DNA of 38,758 nucleotides, from contig QHTY01000153.1 of assembly GCA_003220985.1 (NCBI GenBank), positions 5,439 through 44,196 of the forward strand, given 5' to 3'. Shown one piece after another: positions 32,863-38,758 of the stretch. Below the pieces are notes generated by a model, which worked only from the letters and a program-made list of their open reading frames with translations, ran no database searches and was not told the DNA's origin. The DNA comes from Gemmatimonadota bacterium (lineage in GTDB: Bacteria > Gemmatimonadota > Gemmatimonadetes > Gemmatimonadales > GWC2-71-9). How positions within the stretch are numbered: position 1 is the stretch's first letter; every line of letters begins with the position of its first letter. A program made the translations under genes and the position numbers.

Positions 32863-33012
32863 GCGATGGCGGCGACAACGGCCGCCACGGCGATCGGGAG
32901 CGGCGTGAGATTGCGCATGGGGTGTGGAGAACTTACAGGGCAGCGTCGGAGTGGGTCAACCCACGATGGCTGCTTGACTTCGACATGGTCCAGTCCTAGG
33001 TTGGCAACCCCT

Positions 33013-33366
33013 ATGGCGACGATCCGCGACGTGGTCGAGGCGTTCAGCCGCTCGAACGGCGTGGATGCCGTTGTGGTCGTGGGCCGCGATGGACTCCCGA
33101 TCGATTCGCGCGTCGCCAATGGCGTGGACGCCGAGAGCGTCGCCGCGCTCCTGCCCACCGCCATCACGCACATGGCGCAGCTCGGGGATGCGGGTGGACG
33201 AGGCGACTTCACTACCGCCGTCCTCGAGTTCGGCAAGGGACTCGCGATCGTCGCAGTCCTTAACGCCGATGCGCTCCTCATCGTGCTGGTGCAGCCGGCA
33301 ACGAACGTAGGCGCCCTGCTGTTCGATCTTCGCCGACACCGCCCCGCCATCGCTGGCCTGTTGTAG
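33013..33366 (+). CDS. Roadblock/LC7 (MglB-like) domain protein
   Basis: I chose ATG 33013: MATIRDVVEAFSRSNGVDAVVVVGRDGLPIDS...GLAIVAVLNADALLIVLV. Length 117 aa. The pattern is typical of Roadblock/LC7. It forms the tail of a long spurious antisense-serS track ORF. Confidence 0.7.
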   Translation: MATIRDVVEAFSRSNGVDAVVVVGRDGLPIDSRVANGVDAESVAALLPTAITHMAQLGDAGGRGDFTTAVLEFGKGLAIVAVLNADALLIVLVQPATNVGALLFDLRRHRPAIAGLL

Positions 33367-33380
33367 GCGGACGGCGGCCG

Positions 33381-33791
33381 GTGGCTTCCCCTTCCAGCTC
33401 CACGCGGCACCTCCTGGTCGTCGATGACGAGCCCCACATCGGGCTCGTCCTCCGCCCATTTCTCGAGCAGCTCGGCTATCGCGTGAGCATCGCGAAGACG
33501 CTCGACGAAGCGCGCAGTGCGCTGCGCGCGACGCCGCCGACCGATGGCCTGCTGCTCGATCTGCATCTCCCCGACGGCTCCGGGCTCGACTTCCTGCGCG
33601 ACCTGCGCAGCCAGGGCGGGACCGCCCGGCTGCCTGTGCTCGTCCTGACCGCGGAAGGCGAGGACCGCATTCTGCGCGAAGCACGCCGGCTCGGAGCGGC
33701 CCTGGTGACCAAGCCCTTCAGCCCCACGAAGTTGAGCCAGCGCATCGCCATGATGTTCGGCGATACGCCGCCTCCCGGGGAGACGCCGTGA
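33381..33791 (+). CDS. single-domain response regulator (receiver only)
   Basis: 136-aa ORF with LLVVDDE, the phospho-acceptor context LLLDLHLPDGSG, VLVLTA and TKPF. Confidence 0.85.
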   Translation: MASPSSSTRHLLVVDDEPHIGLVLRPFLEQLGYRVSIAKTLDEARSALRATPPTDGLLLDLHLPDGSGLDFLRDLRSQGGTARLPVLVLTAEGEDRILREARRLGAALVTKPFSPTKLSQRIAMMFGDTPPPGETP

Positions 33792-34798
33792 GCACGTGGG
33801 CCGCGATCCTCGCCGGCGGTGCGGGCACGCGATTCTGGCCGCTCTCGACGCCGGAGCGGCCCAAACAGCTGTTGCCTCTGACCGGCGATCGGCCGTTGCT
33901 CGCGCAGACCGTGTCGCGCCTGCGGGGGCTCGTGCCGCCGGAGCGCATCCTGATCCTCACCGGTCCGTCGTTGGTGGAGCGCGTGGCCGCCACCGTGCCC
34001 GAAGTCCCCCAAGCGAACATCTTCGCCGAACCCCGTGCCGCGTCGACGGCGCCGGCGCTGGCGTGGGCGGCGCACTGGATCGCCAAACACGACCCGGGCG
34101 GCCAGCTGCTGTCGCTGCACGCCGACTGGGCCGTCGGCGACGACCGCGCGTTCCGCGCAGCCGCAACGCACGCGTTGGGGGTCGCGGCCGAGCAGGATGT
34201 GCTCGTGACGGTCGGCATCAAACCGACGCGAAACGAGACCGGCTACGGGTACATCGTGCCGGGCAAACCGTCGGGCAGCGCGCGCAAGGTGAAACGATTC
34301 ATTGAAAAACCGAGTCCCACGCGGGCCGCACTGCTCCGCCGGCGCGGCGCGCTCTGGAACAGCGGACTGTTCGCCTGGAGCGCGGCGCGCTTTCTCGGTG
34401 AAGCCGGCGCATACGCCAAGGAGCTCGCGGCCGGATGGACCGCGCTCACGAATGGCGATGCGCCGCGCTTCTTCGCCGCGGTGACGCCGGTCGCCGTGGA
34501 TGTCGCCGTGCTGGAGCGGACGTCGCGCCTGGCCGTGGTGACAGGGGCATTTGCCTGGGACGATATCGGCTCCTGGGACGCGCTGCTGCGGATTCGCCGC
34601 CGCGACGCCCGCGGCAACGTCACGGTCGGTCATGTGACGCTCGGTGACGACGTGAAGAACTCGGTGATCTGGGCGGAAAACGAGGCGATCGCGGTCGGGG
34701 GCATCGAGGACATGGTGGTCGTCCACGCCAATGGGCACACCCTGGTCATGCCGACGGGTCGTCCCGAAAAACTGAAAACGTTGGTACAGAGCCTGTGA
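33788..34798 (+). CDS. mannose-1-phosphate guanylyltransferase-like nucleotidyltransferase
   Basis: 336-aa ORF. N-terminus: AAILAGGAGTRFWPLS....PKQLLPL. It has the YGYI and WDDIGSW motifs of the ManC/CpsB N-terminal domain. There is a GTGA overlap with the response-regulator stop. Confidence 0.8.
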   Translation: MSTWAAILAGGAGTRFWPLSTPERPKQLLPLTGDRPLLAQTVSRLRGLVPPERILILTGPSLVERVAATVPEVPQANIFAEPRAASTAPALAWAAHWIAKHDPGGQLLSLHADWAVGDDRAFRAAATHALGVAAEQDVLVTVGIKPTRNETGYGYIVPGKPSGSARKVKRFIEKPSPTRAALLRRRGALWNSGLFAWSAARFLGEAGAYAKELAAGWTALTNGDAPRFFAAVTPVAVDVAVLERTSRLAVVTGAFAWDDIGSWDALLRIRRRDARGNVTVGHVTLGDDVKNSVIWAENEAIAVGGIEDMVVVHANGHTLVMPTGRPEKLKTLVQSL

Positions 34799-35964
34799 CG
34801 CACGCGCTGTATCTGCTCGATCCCGATCCCAGTCCGGCGTGGATGCCGTTCGCCGGGATTCGACCGCTGTGCGAGCTCCGGGCCGGCGCGCATTTGGTGC
34901 GGGAGCGCTGGGAGATGTTCGTCGGCACCGAGGCGTCGGCCATTTTTGCGCTTCCCCACCTAGCCGGGTTTCCCGAACCCGGCGTGCCCCCCGTCGAGGC
35001 GCGGCAGCCGGTGACCGGGCCCGCCGTCATCGGATCCTCCACCTTTGCGCCGCGCGGGCTCGCGGGACCATTCCCCGATGCGCCCGCCCGGCTGACGCAT
35101 GAAGGCATCACCGTGGGGTGGTCAGTGCCGGCGGGAACGACATGGAGCGGCCCGGTCGCGAACGCGCACGCGATGCAGGTGGAAGGCGTCGTGCTCCGTG
35201 GCGTGCACGATCTAGTCAGCGCACTGGAGCAGCTGCTCCGGGACGATCTGGTCAGGTTACTCGGCGACTCCGACGCGGTGCCCAGAGGCTCGGTCGTGCT
35301 CGGCGACCCGACGTGGATCACGGTGCGCGAAGCGGCGATCGAGCCGGGCGTCGTGTTCGACACGCGCAACGGGCCCGTCGTGCTGGAAAGCGGCGTCGAG
35401 GTTCGGGCCGGGACGCGGCTCGAGGGTCCGTTGTGGGTCGGCGCGAATACACGGCTCATGGGGGGCGCGATCCGGCACTCGGCGATCGGCCCGTGGTGCG
35501 TCGTGCACGGCGAGGTGGCCACGACCGCGTTCCTCGGTTATGCCAACAAGAGTCATCACGGCTTCCTGGGGCATTCGGTGCTGGGCAGATGGGTGAATTT
35601 CGGCGCCGGCACGACGACCTCGAATCTGAAGAGCACCTACGGCTCGGTCCGGCTGCAGGTGGCGGGGACGAAGCTGGAAACGGGGCACCAGTTCCTGGGT
35701 AGCCTATTCGGCGATCACGCCAAGACCGCCATCGGGATGTTGTTCGATGCCGGATCGGTCATCGGTGCGGGCGCCAGCGTGTTCGATGGCATCCGCGCGC
35801 CGAAATACGTGGCGCCCTTCGCCTGGGGAGGCGCTTCGTCCGAGCGTATGACGTCGCAGGGTTTTCTGGCTACGGTCGAGCGCGTACTCCCCCGGCGCCA
35901 CGTTGACGTGACCGACGCGATGCGAGCCTACCTGCAGCGCGCCTACGACTGGCTGATCACGTGA
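34795..35964 (+). CDS. putative sugar nucleotidyltransferase with a C-terminal left-handed beta-helix (GlmU-like)
   Basis: 389-aa ORF. The C-terminal half has hexapeptide-like periodicity (IEPGVVFD, VVLESGVEVRAGTRLEGPLWVGANTRL, IGPWCVVHGEV, LGHSVLGRWVNFGAGT). GTGA overlaps occur at both ends. Confidence 0.6.
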   Translation: MTHALYLLDPDPSPAWMPFAGIRPLCELRAGAHLVRERWEMFVGTEASAIFALPHLAGFPEPGVPPVEARQPVTGPAVIGSSTFAPRGLAGPFPDAPARLTHEGITVGWSVPAGTTWSGPVANAHAMQVEGVVLRGVHDLVSALEQLLRDDLVRLLGDSDAVPRGSVVLGDPTWITVREAAIEPGVVFDTRNGPVVLESGVEVRAGTRLEGPLWVGANTRLMGGAIRHSAIGPWCVVHGEVATTAFLGYANKSHHGFLGHSVLGRWVNFGAGTTTSNLKSTYGSVRLQVAGTKLETGHQFLGSLFGDHAKTAIGMLFDAGSVIGAGASVFDGIRAPKYVAPFAWGGASSERMTSQGFLATVERVLPRRHVDVTDAMRAYLQRAYDWLIT

Positions 35965-37871
35965 CCGACGCCCAGCAGCGGTATCGCCGCCTCGGCAAGT
36001 ACGAGCTGCACCAGCTCCTCGGGGAAGGGGCAATGGGCATCGTCTGGAAAGCCTACGACACGGTGTTGCGGCGCTACGTCGCGCTGAAGTTGTTGAGCTC
36101 GAGCTTCCGCAAGACGAAAGACATGCAGGAGCGATTCCTGCGCGAGGCGCGCGCCGCGGGCGCGATCCAGCACGCCAACATCGTCACCGTCTACGACCTC
36201 GGCGAGTCCGAAGGCCAGCTGTACATCGCCATGGAGCTGGTGGAAGGGCGCGATCTCTCGGATATGATCGCGCTGCGCGATCCGCTGGCGCTCGAGCGCA
36301 AGCTCGACATCACCATCGAAGTGCTCGCCGGACTCCACTTTGCCCACCAGCGCGGCGTGATTCATCGCGACGTGAAACCGTCGAACGTGCGCGTCATGCC
36401 CGACGGGCGCATCAAGATCATGGATTTCGGAATCGCGCGGCTGCAAAAGGCCGACACGACCGGATCCGGCGCGATCGTCGGCACGCCGACCTACATGGCG
36501 CCCGAGCAGATCACGAACGGCGCGATCACCGCGGCGACCGACGTCTTTTCGGTCGGCTGCCTGCTGTACGAGCTCCTCTCCTACCAGCGCCCGTTCGAAG
36601 CGGAGTCGGTGCACGGCGTCCTGTATCAGGTCCTGACGACGGAGCCGCGCCCGTTGCGCACGGTGGCGCCCTCCATTCCTGCCGCGCTCGAGCGCGTCGT
36701 CGCGAAGGCGATGAACAAGGTGCCGCACGAGCGCTATGAGTCCGCCGGCCAGATGATGTCGATGCTGCAGCAGATCCGCGCGGCGCTGTCGGGGGCGGAC
36801 GAAGAGGCAACCCAACCGCTCGGCCGGTGGACGCCGCTCCCGCGGCCCATGCTGAAGCTGATCACCCATGCGTCGATGAGGGCGCGGCTGGCAGTGTTGG
36901 GGGCCCTGGCGGCGGTCGTCATGCTCCTCCTGTACGCACCAGGACAGCCCATAGAGGAACGCGGCCCTGCCGTGGCAGCCATTCCGCCGGCGCCGACGCA
37001 CCCCGTTGGCGGGGGAGCCTCGGGACCGGATGGAGCGGGCGGAGCGGGGGGAGCGGGAGGGCTCGCCGCGCCGCCGCCGCCTACACGCAATGCCGCGCCC
37101 GTGTCGCTGGCGGTGAGCTCGCGGCGCGACTCCGCCCTGGCCGCGCGCGATCGCGCGAACGCGGCCGGCGCGCAAAAGAACAGCGTGCCCTCATTGCTGC
37201 TGGCGCAGACGATGCTCCAAGCATCCGACCAGGCGCTCCAGCGCGGCGACCAGTCCCTGGCGCTCCGGGGGTATGTCGAGGCCGCCCAACGCTACGCGCA
37301 GGCTCGCGAGGAGGCGCGCGCGATGGAGCGCGAGGCGCAGCACATGATCCAGCGCGTCACGCCCGTGGTGCAGGCGCTGCCCGCCGGCCGGACCGCCGCC
37401 AATGCCGGCGTCTTTCTGGCGCGCGCCGAGTCGCTGCTGCACGAGCAGGATTTCACGCTTGCCAAGCTCGCCGCGCAAAGCGCCGAACAGTACGGCATCG
37501 ACGCGGGGATCGCGCCCCCGAGCGCCCAGCCGGCCGATGCCCGTGGTGCGATCGACGTGTTGCTGGACGATCTCGGCCGGGCCCTGGCCAGCCAGCGGAT
37601 CGCGAATCTGCGGGTGCTGTATCCCGGCCTGACGGAGGAGGAGCGGCGCAGCTGGGAGGCGTTCTTCCGCGAGTGGAATCAGATCACCGCGAAGTTCACG
37701 ATGGAGGATTTCAAGACACAGGGCGCGAGCGCCACCGGCAACGTGCGGGCACTGTTTCAATACGTGCCGGCGAAGGGCGGCGCGCCCCGGATAGATCGGC
37801 GCCGCTTCGCGATGCGCTTTGAGAAGAAAGACGTCGGGTGGCGGTTGGCTGCGGTTACGGAATTGAAATAA
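35961..37871 (+). CDS. Hanks-type serine/threonine protein kinase with a TM segment and large extracytoplasmic C-terminal domain
   Basis: 636-aa ORF with GEGAMGIVWKA, VALK, HRDVKPSNV, DFGIA and GTPTYMAPE. A TM helix (LAVLGALAAVVMLLLY) is followed by a Pro/Gly/Ala linker and a helical domain of about 250 aa. Confidence 0.9.
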   Translation: MTDAQQRYRRLGKYELHQLLGEGAMGIVWKAYDTVLRRYVALKLLSSSFRKTKDMQERFLREARAAGAIQHANIVTVYDLGESEGQLYIAMELVEGRDLSDMIALRDPLALERKLDITIEVLAGLHFAHQRGVIHRDVKPSNVRVMPDGRIKIMDFGIARLQKADTTGSGAIVGTPTYMAPEQITNGAITAATDVFSVGCLLYELLSYQRPFEAESVHGVLYQVLTTEPRPLRTVAPSIPAALERVVAKAMNKVPHERYESAGQMMSMLQQIRAALSGADEEATQPLGRWTPLPRPMLKLITHASMRARLAVLGALAAVVMLLLYAPGQPIEERGPAVAAIPPAPTHPVGGGASGPDGAGGAGGAGGLAAPPPPTRNAAPVSLAVSSRRDSALAARDRANAAGAQKNSVPSLLLAQTMLQASDQALQRGDQSLALRGYVEAAQRYAQAREEARAMEREAQHMIQRVTPVVQALPAGRTAANAGVFLARAESLLHEQDFTLAKLAAQSAEQYGIDAGIAPPSAQPADARGAIDVLLDDLGRALASQRIANLRVLYPGLTEEERRSWEAFFREWNQITAKFTMEDFKTQGASATGNVRALFQYVPAKGGAPRIDRRRFAMRFEKKDVGWRLAAVTELK

Positions 37872-37880
37872 CGACGCTGC

Positions 37881-38758
37881 CTACTTCGGACCTCGCACGG
37901 TCTGTGGCACAGACTCTTGGTCAGAGATGCTTCCGATCCCCAGCTGTCCCAGAGCATTGCCTCCCCAACAGTAGGCCATGCCGTTGCTCCGCAACACGCA
38001 GGTATGAATCCCGCCTGCAGTCACAGCAGCGACGTCGGTCAGCTGAGAAACGGCCGTAGGACTCAGTCGGTCGGTTGAGGTCCCATCGCCAAGTTGGCCA
38101 TACGCATTGCTGCCCCAGCACCAGAGGGCACGCGTGAGGTCAACGCTGCACGTATGCAAGTCAAAAGCGTATGGCAGCCCTAGCAAGGGCAACCACGCAC
38201 CACCCACGGCGACGTCGAAGGCATGAAGGTCATTAGGTAGGGCGATGGGGTTGGGTGTCGGCTGAGGCAGCGATGCGTGCGATTCGTAGCCGAAGCAATA
38301 AAGTGTCAACGCCAAGTCTTCGGCGCACACAAAGCCTCGGCCGCCAATATTCCCTCCAAAAGCGAACCGATTGAAGTTGAAGCCCGTTTGCACGATGTGC
38401 GGCACAAAGCCGTCTCCTTCGACTTCGCTTCCGCCCCAGCAGGCCAGATCTCCAGCGATGGTAATCCCGCACGTAGACTCGGGCCCTCCGCGAAGCATCA
38501 GAAACCTGAACGTCCCTGCTACAGGGAGGGCGACCGCGCGCGGGGCTGTCAAATAGTCCGGATACGCGAGGCCGCGCTGCCCACGGGTGTTGTCGCCCCA
38601 ACAGTACGCGACGCCGCTAACCGTGAGGCCACATGCGTGCGTGTCTCCCACCGTGATTTGACTAAAACCCAGATCTCCTTCGAGGGGCGTAGGAATGCTG
38701 TCCAGCCCCGAAAAGCCGAACGCAGCGCGACTCCAGCAGAGGGTCTGGTTTGTCACCG
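37881..38758 (-). CDS. RCC1-repeat (beta-propeller) protein, C-terminal part; the gene continues beyond the right edge
   Basis: Repeated C(W/Y)G.N..GQLG blocks: YCWGDNTRGQRG, ACWGG, CWGSNAYGQLGDG and YCWGGNALGQLG. The spacing of about 50 aa is typical of RCC1/BLIP-II blades. Confidence 0.75.
   Translation of the reverse strand, partial: VTNQTLCWSRAAFGFSGLDSIPTPLEGDLGFSQITVGDTHACGLTVSGVAYCWGDNTRGQRGLAYPDYLTAPRAVALPVAGTFRFLMLRGGPESTCGITIAGDLACWGGSEVEGDGFVPHIVQTGFNFNRFAFGGNIGGRGFVCAEDLALTLYCFGYESHASLPQPTPNPIALPNDLHAFDVAVGGAWLPLLGLPYAFDLHTCSVDLTRALWCWGSNAYGQLGDGTSTDRLSPTAVSQLTDVAAVTAGGIHTCVLRSNGMAYCWGGNALGQLGIGSISDQESVPQTVRGPK

Noticed and set aside
1-38758. I scanned for CRISPR arrays, rRNA, tmRNA/RNase P-like structured RNAs, transposase or integrase genes, toxin-antitoxin pairs and known defence-system genes.
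   Set aside because: I recognised none by eye. The only RNA gene I can support is tRNA-Sec. Small structured RNAs cannot be excluded without covariance-model searches.

Overview
High-GC bacterial chromosomal window, probably from a didermic organism (lpxH, secDF). The gene order and protein style resemble Gemmatimonadota, but I cannot verify this without a database. The content is almost all housekeeping. A co-directional minus-strand gene train runs from murA (22010) to murI (2250). It holds murA-pgeF, then rimP-nusA-L7Ae-infB-DUF503-rbfA-truB-ribF-secD-secF-tatD-fhs-ridA, a GT-C glycosyltransferase, tRNA-Sec, three small paralogous genes, a lipid kinase, a small membrane protein and murI. 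Most junctions overlap by 1-4 nt. A second minus-strand block holds a lipoprotein-like gene, serS, an orphan histidine kinase, pcrA/uvrD and gatCAB. A plus-strand operon (33013-37871) couples a Roadblock/LC7 protein, a receiver-only response regulator, two sugar-nucleotidyltransferases and a Hanks Ser/Thr kinase. I found no CRISPR array, transposase, integrase or recognisable defence or toxin genes. The best candidate for something undescribed is a tandem triplication of a small two-domain protein: an N-terminal GAWYR domain plus a C-terminal CPxC-x14-CxxC zinc ribbon (4491-5677). It lies directly 3-prime of a tRNA-Sec gene, and I cannot assign it to any family. Secondary observations:
- Two essential genes (truB, tatD) encode conserved N-terminal motifs upstream of any ATG/GTG/TTG.
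- A 31-codon acidic ORF bridges nusA and the L7Ae gene, or else marks a nusA frameshift.
- A promoter plus intrinsic terminator abuts the rimP start codon.
- A nested-hairpin intergenic region with a TGT-N8-ACA palindrome lies upstream of pcrA.
- A lipoprotein gene has its signal peptide in a different frame from its body.
- A 52-nt palindrome is embedded in frame in ribF.
- A membrane-anchored protein carries nine paired-cysteine repeats.
All calls come from reading the sequence and from remembered family motifs. No searches were run.
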